Source: a virus
DNA: 59,647 nucleotides
Virus record (IMG/VR): IMGVR_UViG_3300044726_000022
Location: 1-59,647 of that record
Reading direction: 5' to 3' (one strand)
Positions 17,734 to 27,140 of the stretch are shown one piece after another. The position numbers and the translations under genes are program-made. Position 1 is the stretch's first letter, and each line of letters opens with the position of its first letter. The notes under the pieces were generated by a model. That model ran no database searches and was not told the DNA's origin. It worked only from the letters and a program-made list of their open reading frames with translations.

Positions 17734-19502
17734 CAGACGATCTCCCCGTAGTCGACTGCGAGGAAGCCGGACGGCGTCAGGTAGACCGCGTCAGGCTTCA
17801 CGTTGAGCACTTCGTCGGCCATGACGCCGACCTCCAGATCTCCGAACAGGCGGTAGCTGTAGAGCTTGATGCCGTTGATGAGCTTCACGCCCATGTCGAC
17901 GATGTCGGTCTTCAGACGCCGGTCGGAGAACCGCATCATGCCGCCGAGGAGGCCGCCTGCGAGGCCGTACATGCCCTGCATTTGTGCGGCTTCGAACTGA
18001 ACCTGGGTGTTGTAATTCGAGCGGTTCGCCGCATCGGTCTGGTAGTAGTATTCGCCGACCGGCGTGCCCGCGATCTGGCTCGGTTGATAGTTCTGGAATT
18101 GCGGCATCGATACCTGACCGCCGCCCATCAGCGCCGTGATCTCGTTGATCGGCTGATTGCGCTGCGCCAGCATTTCCTGCATTTCGGCCTGACGCTGCGC
18201 GTTCTGGGCTCCCATGAGCTGCAGGTTGTTGCCGAACATCTGCTGCGCCACGGCATTGTTGGCCTGACCGCCCGCCATCGTCTGGTCGAAGCCTTGCTGC
18301 TGCGCCGCGTTGTAGAACTGGTTCGCGGCCATCATCGCAGCGGTGTTCTGCTGAGCTGCGGCGTTGTTGAGCTGCTGCCCGGCCATTGCCTGCGTATAGT
18401 CCTGCGCTTGGCTCTCGCGGCCGAACGTGCCCTCGGCAAGACGCGCCTGATTGTTCGCTGCGGTCGCGGCGTTCGCTGCCTGCATCGCAGCTTGGTTCTG
18501 GCCGAACACCTGCCCCTGGGCGGCGTTCCAGAACTGCCCCTCGGCGAGCCGCGCCTGATTATTTGCTGCGGTGGCCGTGTTGTAGAACTGCCCACGGCCC
18601 ATTTGCTGGCCGTACTCCTGCATCTGCGCCTGATTGGCGAAGTTGCCCTGCGCGAGATCGAGCCCCGCCAGCCGCGACTGCTCAGCGCCGCCAGCGATCA
18701 CCGCCTGCATGCGCGCATCGTTGGCTTGCCGGTTGGACGCATCCATCGCTTCGTTGAAGGCCGTCGTGCCGCGCTGGAAGCCTTGGTTGACGAGATTGCT
18801 TTCGAGCGCTTCCTTGTCGCGCGCGAGCTGCGGGTTCATCCGGCCGTAGATCGCCTCCTCCACCCTGGTGCGATCAGCGCTCCAATCCTGCGGGCCGACG
18901 GAAGTCTGCACGTTGGTCGACGTAGGCCCGAACGACGTGCCCTGGTTGCCCAAGCCGACGGTGCGCGAGACGTCGCCCGCGTAGCCGATCTGCCCGCTCT
19001 GGTTCTGCAGATTGACCTGTTGCTGGATCGGACTGCCCATGACGCCGCCCTGCGCGAGCTGGACCGGCGTCCCTCCCATGATCGGCGCACCAGGGCCAAA
19101 GCCCTGCAGGTTCGGGCCGGATTGCGGCATCGTTCCGCGCGCCGACAGCGACGACATGTCCATCGGCTGTCCGAGCAGGCCGCTGATGCGCCCGGTCTGA
19201 TCGATGGCGAGCTGATTGAGCTGCCCTCCGAGCTGCGTCTGCTGATTATAGAGCGACTGCTGCTCGGGCGAGAGCGTGTTGGTGAGCGTGTACTTCGGGA
19301 CCGGATAGACATCGCCGTTCTCGGGATTGGTGACATCGACCCATTCCGAGATGGTGCTCGTGGTGGAGCCGGTCGGACCATAGACATTCGCATTGCCCAT
19401 GATGCTGTTGGCAACGCCGGTCGTGACGTTGCTGCCGGTCTGCGCCGCAGCGACGACTTGCGGATCTGGAGGGGTGGGAGGCGACGGAGCAGACTTACCC
19501 AT
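17733..19502 (-). CDS. Q/N/A-rich virion protein with C-terminal S74-type chaperone motif
   Basis: 589 aa. Internal repeats ANNQARLAEG(Q/T)F. C-terminus FSDRRLKTDIVDMGVKLINGIKLYSYRL...GVMADEVLNVKPDAV resembles the same auto-chaperone domain as the 935-aa fibre. Confidence 0.7.
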   Translation of the reverse strand: MGKSAPSPPTPPDPQVVAAAQTGSNVTTGVANSIMGNANVYGPTGSTTSTISEWVDVTNPENGDVYPVPKYTLTNTLSPEQQSLYNQQTQLGGQLNQLAIDQTGRISGLLGQPMDMSSLSARGTMPQSGPNLQGFGPGAPIMGGTPVQLAQGGVMGSPIQQQVNLQNQSGQIGYAGDVSRTVGLGNQGTSFGPTSTNVQTSVGPQDWSADRTRVEEAIYGRMNPQLARDKEALESNLVNQGFQRGTTAFNEAMDASNRQANDARMQAVIAGGAEQSRLAGLDLAQGNFANQAQMQEYGQQMGRGQFYNTATAANNQARLAEGQFWNAAQGQVFGQNQAAMQAANAATAANNQARLAEGTFGRESQAQDYTQAMAGQQLNNAAAQQNTAAMMAANQFYNAAQQQGFDQTMAGGQANNAVAQQMFGNNLQLMGAQNAQRQAEMQEMLAQRNQPINEITALMGGGQVSMPQFQNYQPSQIAGTPVGEYYYQTDAANRSNYNTQVQFEAAQMQGMYGLAGGLLGGMMRFSDRRLKTDIVDMGVKLINGIKLYSYRLFGDLEVGVMADEVLNVKPDAVYLTPSGFLAVDYGEIV

Positions 19503-19974
19503 CTTGCTGGTTCTCCCTCAGCCATCGGCAGTTCTGCCGCAGCATGCCATACGAGATCGCATCCTCGACGCCGTTGAAGCGCAGCGGATGGCAACCTTCC
19601 TCGGTCCATCCCATGTGCTTCATTATCCGCCGCGCCTTGCGATTGTTGCGACCGATCAGCGCCTCGACGCGCGTGCAGTTGAGCTGGCAGAACGGGTAGG
19701 TGTAGAGCGTGCAGAGCGTCTCGGGCTTGCACCAGAACGGACTGTCGACGAAGACCGTGACGGCGCACGACCAGCCAGTGAACTCGTTGTAGATCGCTCC
19801 GCCGACGATCTTCCGGTTCCGCACGATGCCGAGCGCGACCGACGGCCCGTACTGGTCGATGTTGGACATCTGGCCGAGGCCGCGCATGACGACGTGCTTG
19901 ACCATGTCGTCCGCGCCGAACAGCACGTCGCCGATCATTGCCCATTCTGGCTTGGCGTGGGCGTTGCCGTTCAC
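19495..19974 (-). CDS. GNAT-family N-acetyltransferase
   Basis: ...LYTYPFCQLNCTRVEALIGRNNRKARRIMKHMGWTEEGCHPLRFNGVEDAISYGML is a RimJ/RimL-like GNAT C-terminal signature. Start taken as GTG 19974 (GTGA overlap); the track start is 20007. Confidence 0.7.
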   Translation of the reverse strand: MNGNAHAKPEWAMIGDVLFGADDMVKHVVMRGLGQMSNIDQYGPSVALGIVRNRKIVGGAIYNEFTGWSCAVTVFVDSPFWCKPETLCTLYTYPFCQLNCTRVEALIGRNNRKARRIMKHMGWTEEGCHPLRFNGVEDAISYGMLRQNCRWLRENQQDG

Positions 19975-21680
19975 AACATGCCTCCCACTTCGAAGGTCAC
20001 GTCGCAACCGTTGTAGATGAGTTCCGTTGACGACGAGAGGCCAAAGATGATCGCGCCAGCGAGGCCGACACGCTCAATGCTCTGCCACGGCAATGCTGGC
20101 ACCATGCCGCCCTCCCACAGTGCCGTGATCGGCGTGACAACCGCCGCCTGACGCGGGGGCACCAGATCAGGATCGCCCTGGTCGTACCACTGGTACCTGC
20201 CGCCGACGTTGACGATGCCGGGCGTGAAGCTGGTGCCGTCCGGGCTTACCGCATAGCCGGGTTCGGCCGCCCAGGTGGAACCGCTCTGCCCGGCGTTGAC
20301 GATGGTCAGCGTCGGTCGCGTCACATCGTAGTTGACGCGCATCTGCACGAGCGGCGCGAACGCTGGCGGCGACGAGAAGCGCGGGCGCGCCATCCGAAAG
20401 CCCTTGTTGCGCCGCGTGCCCATGACCGAATAGGCGTGCGCCAGATTGGCGGTGATAGGCTTGCCGACACCGTCGTCGTTCTGCTCGTCCTGAAAGCCGA
20501 CGCCGTACAGGTACACCCTGCCGTCATTGCCGCCGAAATACATGTCGCTGCCGAACAGACCCCAGCACCCCGCCTGGATGTCTTTCCACCTCGCCCAGGC
20601 TCCGGTGTGGGTATTGATGACGAACTGCTCCTGCTGCTTGCGCTCAAGGATCGGCACGTTGACGATGATCAGGTGCGCCTTGGGATATTCGATGGCTTGC
20701 CACCCGAACGCGCGACCGCCCTGGCGGTACGCCGCCATGAATGCGCCGCCGATCTTGTCGGTGAGCGCCGCCTGCGATCCTGCCGTCTCCCCGACCGGGA
20801 GCACCTTCGACATCGGCACGAAGCCGTTCGACGTGATGATGGCAAGGTCGCTGCCGATGTTCATCACGCAGCGACCGCCGATGGGCTCCGCGATCTTGTA
20901 GACGCCGATCAGCGCCGACGTGGTCGCCGATACCGGGCTGGTGCCCGCATAGATTGCCACCTGACCCTTCGAGGTGACGATGACGAGGTTATCGTCCGGC
21001 CCGGCTCCGCCATCTCGCGACCAGCTCCCAAGCGCGACGATGCGACCGCCGTGCCGGAACAGGGACGAGAGCGAGAACTTGGTCAGCGGCCCGCCGATGG
21101 AAGCGACGTTGCTGAACCACAGGTTCAGCGTATTCCTCTCGACGAACCACAATCGGTTCATGTGGGAATGCACGAACTCCAGCGACGACAGCAGCGTCGG
21201 CCCGGTGAAGGCGGAGTTCGTCCACGCCGTGCCGTCCCAGTAGCGCGGCGCATCGAAGCCGTTGCAGATGTAGACGACGTGAGCTGCCGCCGACGCGAAG
21301 TTGACGAAGCTCCACCGCCCGTTCTGCGTGCCGGTAACGACCGGCGTTGCCGACCCTGCCGTAACGTCGAAGATGCTCCCGTCGGTCGCCGCGAACATGC
21401 GGTTGCTGATCGCCATCGGCGGCGAGTAGTGGAAGATCGTCTCGACCGGAGCGCCCAGCCCCTCGGCCCACACCTTGGAGCCGTTCCGCAGCACGATGCC
21501 GTTGACGCCCGGCACCCAGTTGTCCAAGACGATGGCGTCCGTCTCGGCCATGTTCGGGAGCGCATCGCGCGCGTTCCAGCCGCCGATAGGTGGCGGCAGC
21601 GCGTAGAGCTTGGCTCGCTCTTGCTCGCGCCGCTGCCGCCTCGCCGTGGGGGCGACGAGCTGATCGTACATCAGGGCCAC
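19971..21680 (-). CDS. virion structural protein (possible tail tubular/nozzle protein)
   Basis: 569 aa. N-terminal ...PPPIGGWNARDALPNMAETDAIVLDNWVPGVNGIVLRNG recalls the N-termini of podovirus tail tubular B proteins. The functional call is positional and weak. Confidence 0.55.
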   Translation of the reverse strand: MALMYDQLVAPTARRQRREQERAKLYALPPPIGGWNARDALPNMAETDAIVLDNWVPGVNGIVLRNGSKVWAEGLGAPVETIFHYSPPMAISNRMFAATDGSIFDVTAGSATPVVTGTQNGRWSFVNFASAAAHVVYICNGFDAPRYWDGTAWTNSAFTGPTLLSSLEFVHSHMNRLWFVERNTLNLWFSNVASIGGPLTKFSLSSLFRHGGRIVALGSWSRDGGAGPDDNLVIVTSKGQVAIYAGTSPVSATTSALIGVYKIAEPIGGRCVMNIGSDLAIITSNGFVPMSKVLPVGETAGSQAALTDKIGGAFMAAYRQGGRAFGWQAIEYPKAHLIIVNVPILERKQQEQFVINTHTGAWARWKDIQAGCWGLFGSDMYFGGNDGRVYLYGVGFQDEQNDDGVGKPITANLAHAYSVMGTRRNKGFRMARPRFSSPPAFAPLVQMRVNYDVTRPTLTIVNAGQSGSTWAAEPGYAVSPDGTSFTPGIVNVGGRYQWYDQGDPDLVPPRQAAVVTPITALWEGGMVPALPWQSIERVGLAGAIIFGLSSSTELIYNGCDVTFEVGGML

Positions 21681-22417
21681 ACGATAGTCTCAGGGGCCTG
21701 GGGAGCGCGCGGGACGCGATCCGTCGAAATGGTCGAGCCCGTGAGCCTGGGGCGCGATCCGTCGGTCATAATCAGGTCCGCAACGCGGCGCTCGTACTCT
21801 TTCAGGTCATCGCCGAACTCGAAGCCTTTGTCGGCCCGGAAGCGATAGATCAGGCCGAGCGTGAGCGCCTCGGCATCGAGCAGCGGAAGGTCGTCGTCGT
21901 GCTGCATCGACGTGTAGAACTGTCCGCCGCTGCCGATGATGCACCAGCTCTTGGAGACGTATTCGAAGGTGTAGAGCTGATCCGCAGGCGGTGTCGGATG
22001 CAGCCAGACCATGCTCCACCTGATCCGAAAGCAGGGATTGATGAAGGTGTTGCCGCTGGCCTGGATCGCTGCCCACTCCTGGGCGTCGATGGGGCCGTAC
22101 ACGAAGCGCTTCTGCGTCCGGTCCCACATAGTCTCGGGCACCATGCGGTCGAAGTCGGTGGAAAGCGACCCAGGCTGTCCGCCGAACGCCACCGTGTAGA
22201 ACCCGCGCTCGCGTGTGAGCACCTGCCACGCATGCCGCTTCGCCAGCGCGCGGCCTTCGGCAGTGAGCAGACGGCGCATGAGGGCCGCCGTCGGATCGAT
22301 GGTGTTGCCGACGACGGACGACAGCGGCGGCAGGCTCAGCTCAACGCAAGCATCATCGATGATGCCCTTCATCGTGGTGCGATACGGATCTTCTTGGATG
22401 TCGCCGGGGAAGCTCAC
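21671..22417 (-). CDS. virion structural protein (possible tail tubular A/adaptor)
   Basis: Start GTG 22417 (GTGA overlap) or ATG 22372. The upstream part of the 323-aa track ORF is R-rich nonsense. Position is upstream of the putative tube protein. Confidence 0.55.
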   Translation of the reverse strand: MSFPGDIQEDPYRTTMKGIIDDACVELSLPPLSSVVGNTIDPTAALMRRLLTAEGRALAKRHAWQVLTRERGFYTVAFGGQPGSLSTDFDRMVPETMWDRTQKRFVYGPIDAQEWAAIQASGNTFINPCFRIRWSMVWLHPTPPADQLYTFEYVSKSWCIIGSGGQFYTSMQHDDDLPLLDAEALTLGLIYRFRADKGFEFGDDLKEYERRVADLIMTDGSRPRLTGSTISTDRVPRAPQAPETIVWP

Positions 22418-23085
22418 GCTGCGCGCTCCTGCTGCTTGCGCTTGGGCGGCGGCACCTCGTCGTCGCGCTCGACCCGCGATGCCATGAACTCGCCCATCAT
22501 CTTCTGCATCTCGGCGATCTGCTCGCGCTGGAGAGCGTTCTGCTCGGACAGGTCGGCGATCACCATGTTCTGCGTCTCGCGCTCCTTCTGCTCGCTGAGA
22601 AGCCGCTGCGCGAACTGGTTGGTGTCTGCCGCCGTGAGCCACGCCTGGGCGGCGCGGATGAGATCACGCATGCCCGGCATGCCGAGACGCTCCAGCATGC
22701 CGTCGCCCATTCCGGCGATGCTCTCGACGGTCTTGATGCCCTTCGCCTTGAGGACCACGGCCTGCTGCGGCGAGACGCCGTTCCATGCTGCGAGCGGCGT
22801 ACCGTCCTCGGGCAGCTCCTGGCCCTTCTTCCAGGCCTCGTAGGCGGGCGTGATGCGGTCCCACATGTCGTGCGCCATCATCACGGTCGGATTGCCGCTG
22901 TCCGGGGCGGAGCCCTTCGCAGGGCGCAGGCTCGACACCGTGCATTGGATCTTGCTGCGGTCGAGCTGCGTCAGGGGGCCGAACTTGATCATGTCGATGC
23001 CGATCATCTTCGAGCCGTCCATCGGGTCCGGCTTATAGACCGTCCAGAACTCGTCGATGATGATCTTGATGTCGCCTGCGCTCAT
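22414..23085 (-). CDS. hypothetical virion-module protein
   Basis: 223 aa from ATG 23085 (GGAG 6 nt upstream; the track start 23097 is a GTG inside the SD). C-terminal coiled coil. Confidence 0.7.
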   Translation of the reverse strand: MSAGDIKIIIDEFWTVYKPDPMDGSKMIGIDMIKFGPLTQLDRSKIQCTVSSLRPAKGSAPDSGNPTVMMAHDMWDRITPAYEAWKKGQELPEDGTPLAAWNGVSPQQAVVLKAKGIKTVESIAGMGDGMLERLGMPGMRDLIRAAQAWLTAADTNQFAQRLLSEQKERETQNMVIADLSEQNALQREQIAEMQKMMGEFMASRVERDDEVPPPKRKQQERAA

Positions 23086-23139
23086 TGAAGTCTCCACTTT
23101 CTGTAGTTAGATGAAGGTGTTGTTGAAAGGAGCACGATC

Positions 23140-23391
23140 ATGGCTCAACACTTCACGAAGAAAGGTTCTCCGTACCGGCTTCCGCCCTACACCAAGGCGG
23201 AGCTGTGGCAGTTGGAGCGAGAGCTGTACGCGGAGCCACCGCCGGGCTTTGTGCCTACGTTCTACTATCCAGCTCGGTCTGCTGACGTTCCGGCTGAAGA
23301 GCCGCCCCAAGACCCAGGAGCGCCAGCGCAACCGATGCCAGCTCGACCTTCCCCTCATCCAGGGCCTTCTGAAGACGAGCCTGCCAGTTAG
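23140..23391 (+). CDS. possible antisense-embedded small gene carrying the early-type leader
   Basis: 83 aa track ORF preceded by AAAGGAGCACGATC-ATG. The first ~38 codons lie in the 169-nt late-operon gap and are GC3-rich. The remaining 137 nt overlap the 3' end of the 1075-aa gene and lose GC3 bias. Confidence 0.35.
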   Translation: MAQHFTKKGSPYRLPPYTKAELWQLERELYAEPPPGFVPTFYYPARSADVPAEEPPQDPGAPAQPMPARPSPHPGPSEDEPAS

Positions 23392-26300
23392 GGCCTTCGC
23401 CGATGATGCGCTGAATGTTCTGGATGCCCTTGTTGAGCACGTCGTACTGATCCGGCGCGACGGGACCGTTGAAGATCGACGGCCCGCCGTTGGCTCCGAT
23501 CACGGCTCGCTCGTTCTCGGCCGCGTCTTGCGGACGCACGCCGGGAGCGGGCGGTGGCGGTGCATTGGTGGCGAACTTGCCAGCCGCCGCGTCGAGATCA
23601 CGTTGAAGCTTGTTGAGAGCGATCTGCGGGATGTATTCGCTGCGGTTCAGCATCGCGGCGATCTCAGGCTCCGCATTGAGCGCCGCCAGGAACTTGCGCG
23701 TCATCGCACCGGACCCGGACCCTTCCGCCATCTCCTTCGACCAGTCGATGAAGATGCTGCTATCGGTGCCGACCGGGGCCGGGTTCGACCCAGGGAAGAT
23801 GCGCTGTATTTCGTCCGCCAACCCCGTCTCGGGCTTGCGGAGCGCATCAGCAATGGCCTTGCCGCCGATGACCGGATTGCCGTTGTCGTCGAAGTTACCC
23901 CAGCGCGTGAGGAGGGCTCCCCTGCCGGTATCGGACGCGCCGGTCAGGCCGTGCGGCTCGCCAGCCGTGATGAGATCACGCATCTGCTGCTCGGAGGCCT
24001 TGCCCTGGCCCGGAATGAAGATCGACCGCACGTCCTTGACCCGGCCGCCGGGAAAATTCATGTGCGCGCCGGTCATTTCCTGCGCGTTGAGCAAGGAGCG
24101 CATCGTCTCCACCAGTTCGATGATGCTCTTGCTTTCCGGGTCAATGCCCTTCGACCCGTCCGGGAGCACGGTGGTCGCAGCCATCGGACGCACGACCTCG
24201 GACGGATTGTATTCGAACACGCCGGACTTGTTGCGGTACGCGCCCTGGCCTGGAATGGTTGGCCGGTGCTGGAACGCTACGCCGCGCGCGTCGGGTAAAT
24301 GGATCGCATCGTAGAAAGCATCACGGTTGGGCAGGCTCGGATCAAATGCCGGAACGATGTTCTCGCGCGAGCGCGGATCGTCATGGTACCGCTGCCGCGC
24401 GCCTGGGTCACTGTGCAGCTTGCGTAGGTGGTTGGCGGCGAAGCCCGGCGTCTGCTCGGTCGGGACGTTGACCGTGAACTTGTCGAGGTATTCCTTGTAG
24501 GTCTGGTTGGCCCGCGCGAAAGCCTCCTCGTAGGTGATCTTGAACGTGCCGTCCTTCTTCTTGCCGCCATCCTTCTGAAGGTCGATAGCCTTCTGGCGCA
24601 CCCAGGGAGCCGCCTGGAGCTGTTCCCCGGTCCAGTTGCTGCGACCGCCCAGGTTCGCCGCGTTCGCCCTGGCGACCGCCTTCGCCGTCTCGTAATCGAG
24701 GAACTTGTGATAGCTCGATCCGACCGGGTGGTTGCCAGCCGCCGGAACCGATCCGTCCGGGTTCCGAAAGCCCCACGCCTTCATGTAGCGGAAGTCGTTG
24801 ACGCCGGTCGCTCCTTCCACCTGATTGTCGGGATTGATGCGAAGCGCGTACTCGCTTGTCTTGTCGCCGCGCGCCAGCTCGCTCGGATCGTTGCGGTCAA
24901 TGGCTTCCTTGAAGCGCTCGCGGTTCGTCATCCGGCCGTAGGCAGCGCCTTGCCCCTGCGGAATGTCACCGCCGCGCCGCAAGGCCATGTTGTTGAAGCG
25001 CAGTGCCATCGCCGTCTCGGTGCCGGGATCGACGCCCGCCGAGAGCTGGCCGTGCAGGCCGGACTGCATGGCATTGATCTCCGGGTGGCCGCCGGTCGTC
25101 TCGTTCAAGCCGACGCGGTAGCGGTCGTACCAGTCGCCGCCTCGCGGGTCCGCCGCCACGTAGCGGTCGAACTTGCCGCGCTGGCCCGAGAGGGCGCGCT
25201 TGCTCCTGATGTTGCGAGGCCCGCCGACGTACAGGCCCGCCGTGCCAGCGCCGCCTTCGATCAGGTGCGGATCATGCTTCGCCCTGGCGGTCGCCTCCTC
25301 GACTGACAGCCGCCGGATGTCCGGCACGTCCGTCATGTTGGTAAATTCGCCCTGCCTGGGGAACCTGATTTCATCGACTGAGGGAGCGTCCCAGATGCTC
25401 TCAGGCGGCTGGTTGTGGCCAATGCCAGGAGGCGGCCCAGGAGGCTCGTCAGGAGGCCTGCCGCCGCCACCCCCTCTACCCCTGCCTCCGCCGCCCGGAG
25501 GCGCTGGCGGGGCTCCTGCGCCGCTCCCTGCACCCCTTGCGCCCATGGGCGGCGGTTCACCGCCTCGCAGCGCCGACGCCATCGCCTGCGGCGTTGGCTC
25601 CGGGGCCGCGCGCGGGACGGTCAGCTCGTCAATGTTGCTGGAAGCGAGAGCGCGCTCCGCCTCCTTTGCGCCCTCCCTGGCCGCGCCACCGCCAACGGCT
25701 CCAGCCGCCTTTGCCGTCTTCGCCGAGCGCTCTGCGCCCTTCGCAGCCGCTGCCGCATCAGTCGCCGCCTCGCGCGCCGTGCGCGCCGCCACCGCAGCCG
25801 CGTCGGCCGCAGCCTCCTTCGCCGCCTTGGCGGCCGGGATCTTCTCGGCGAAGAGCCCTCCGAGGGCCGTGCGGACGACCTCGGCACCGTGCCCTACATT
25901 CTCAGCCGCCGCAGATGCCGCCTCACCAGCGGCCTTCTTTGCCCCCGGAAAGGCCGCTCGCGCTGCCTTCGCACCCTTCACTGCCGGGCCGCCGATGACC
26001 GGCACGCCAGCCATGGCCAGGATCAGGCTATCCACGTACCCCTTCTCGCCAGCAGACCAGTTCGACGCCTCCTTGGCGAACCCGCTGATGTTCGGAAGGT
26101 CGGCTGCGGCGAAGTCTCCACTTCCCGGCAAGCCGCCACCGATGAATTTCTCGATCAAGTCATGCGACGATGGCGGCGACATCTCCATGATCTTGGCGGC
26201 TCCTCGACGCCATGGACCGACATCAAGATCGCGCAGCTCTGGGCCCTTCGCTGGCGTCTGCAGCGGCACCTCGCGCGCGGTGCGCTCCCTCAGTCCCGGC

Positions 26301-26482
26301 CGTGGCTCTGCCAGCCCAAGCCCACCCTCGCGCACGTCAACCACCGGCTGGCGGTCGCCCGGCGGTGCGTCGAGCATCGGCGGCTCGTCGAGCATGGGAC
26401 CGTCAGACAGCGACGGAACGACCTCGCGCCGCTCCGGGATGCGGAGCAGGCGATCCCAGTACTCGCGAGGCATCTGCGCCAT
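23255..26482 (-). CDS. giant low-complexity/multidomain protein in the head-tail module (polyvalent-like, function unknown)
   Basis: 1075 aa. Ala/Lys-rich helical stretch, then a G/P/R tract (PPAPPGGGGRGRGGGGGRPPDEPPGPPPG), then ~700 aa of globular sequence without a domain I can name. Confidence 0.75.
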   Translation of the reverse strand: MAQMPREYWDRLLRIPERREVVPSLSDGPMLDEPPMLDAPPGDRQPVVDVREGGLGLAEPRPGLRERTAREVPLQTPAKGPELRDLDVGPWRRGAAKIMEMSPPSSHDLIEKFIGGGLPGSGDFAAADLPNISGFAKEASNWSAGEKGYVDSLILAMAGVPVIGGPAVKGAKAARAAFPGAKKAAGEAASAAAENVGHGAEVVRTALGGLFAEKIPAAKAAKEAAADAAAVAARTAREAATDAAAAAKGAERSAKTAKAAGAVGGGAAREGAKEAERALASSNIDELTVPRAAPEPTPQAMASALRGGEPPPMGARGAGSGAGAPPAPPGGGGRGRGGGGGRPPDEPPGPPPGIGHNQPPESIWDAPSVDEIRFPRQGEFTNMTDVPDIRRLSVEEATARAKHDPHLIEGGAGTAGLYVGGPRNIRSKRALSGQRGKFDRYVAADPRGGDWYDRYRVGLNETTGGHPEINAMQSGLHGQLSAGVDPGTETAMALRFNNMALRRGGDIPQGQGAAYGRMTNRERFKEAIDRNDPSELARGDKTSEYALRINPDNQVEGATGVNDFRYMKAWGFRNPDGSVPAAGNHPVGSSYHKFLDYETAKAVARANAANLGGRSNWTGEQLQAAPWVRQKAIDLQKDGGKKKDGTFKITYEEAFARANQTYKEYLDKFTVNVPTEQTPGFAANHLRKLHSDPGARQRYHDDPRSRENIVPAFDPSLPNRDAFYDAIHLPDARGVAFQHRPTIPGQGAYRNKSGVFEYNPSEVVRPMAATTVLPDGSKGIDPESKSIIELVETMRSLLNAQEMTGAHMNFPGGRVKDVRSIFIPGQGKASEQQMRDLITAGEPHGLTGASDTGRGALLTRWGNFDDNGNPVIGGKAIADALRKPETGLADEIQRIFPGSNPAPVGTDSSIFIDWSKEMAEGSGSGAMTRKFLAALNAEPEIAAMLNRSEYIPQIALNKLQRDLDAAAGKFATNAPPPPAPGVRPQDAAENERAVIGANGGPSIFNGPVAPDQYDVLNKGIQNIQRIIGEGPNWQARLQKALDEGKVELASVALALLGLGAALQPERQQTELDSRT

Positions 26483-26494
26483 GGCGGCTTCTCC

Positions 26495-27058
26495 TCAGTA
26501 TCGACGACGCGGCGCGGGCGGAGCCAAGCTTTCGGCGTTCGGCATGCCGCCGCCGCCAAGGCGGTTCATCTTCTCAAGCACCTTCTCCATCTCGATGGTT
26601 GCCTGATCGCGCTTGAACGAGCCACCCTCGATGTCGCCGAGGCTTGGCATCGGAGCGTATTTGTAGCGGTCCTCCACCGGAGCTTCGCGACCAAGCTCGC
26701 CGCGCTGCATCTTCTCGATCTGGCGGTCGCGCTCCGCATACGGATCCGGCCTCGGAATGTCGGCCATGCCCTGGAAGTCGGGACCGACGTCGCCGCGCAG
26801 CGGAGGTGTTCCCTCCATCTGAGCCATCTCGTGCGCCCCAGGCGTTGGCTGCGTCGGCTGCGCTGGCGGCGTTGCAGGCAGCTCAAGGCCACCCTCTCCG
26901 CCCAGCTCTGGCCCAGGCATGCCGCCTCCAGGCGTACCGCCCTGGCCGAAAAAGCCGCTGACGGCATCCTCGAAGGAACCTCCGCCAGCGAACTGCTGCG
27001 GGTCGATGTTGTAGCTTCTCAGCATGGCAGCGAGCTGCTGCGGATCGATGTCCGGCAT
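26495..27058 (-). CDS. hypothetical G/P-rich protein downstream of the capsid gene
   Basis: 187 aa track ORF with good GC3. SD AGGAGACGA precedes the ATG. Confidence 0.65.
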   Translation of the reverse strand: MPDIDPQQLAAMLRSYNIDPQQFAGGGSFEDAVSGFFGQGGTPGGGMPGPELGGEGGLELPATPPAQPTQPTPGAHEMAQMEGTPPLRGDVGPDFQGMADIPRPDPYAERDRQIEKMQRGELGREAPVEDRYKYAPMPSLGDIEGGSFKRDQATIEMEKVLEKMNRLGGGGMPNAESLAPPAPRRRY

Positions 27059-27080
27059 GATCGTCTCCTATTTGTTGGAA

Positions 27081-27117
27081 GAGGGGCGAGGCAACAGAGC
27101 CGAACCTCGCCCCCCTC
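27081..27117 (-). terminator. stem-loop after the major capsid gene (possible attenuator)
   Basis: On the - strand GAGGGGGGCGAGG-N13-CCTCGCCCCTC followed by TTCCAACAAAT. Lies in the 82-nt gap between the capsid stop and the next start. Confidence 0.45.
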
Positions 27118-27140
27118 GCGAACGACGCTGGACTGGGCAA

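Noticed and set aside
17727-19577. 616-aa + strand ORF antisense to the Q/N-rich virion gene
   Set aside because: Stop-poor antisense frames are expected in GC-rich DNA. The translation is L/R/H-rich nonsense without GC3 bias. The - strand gene ends in a recognisable chaperone motif.
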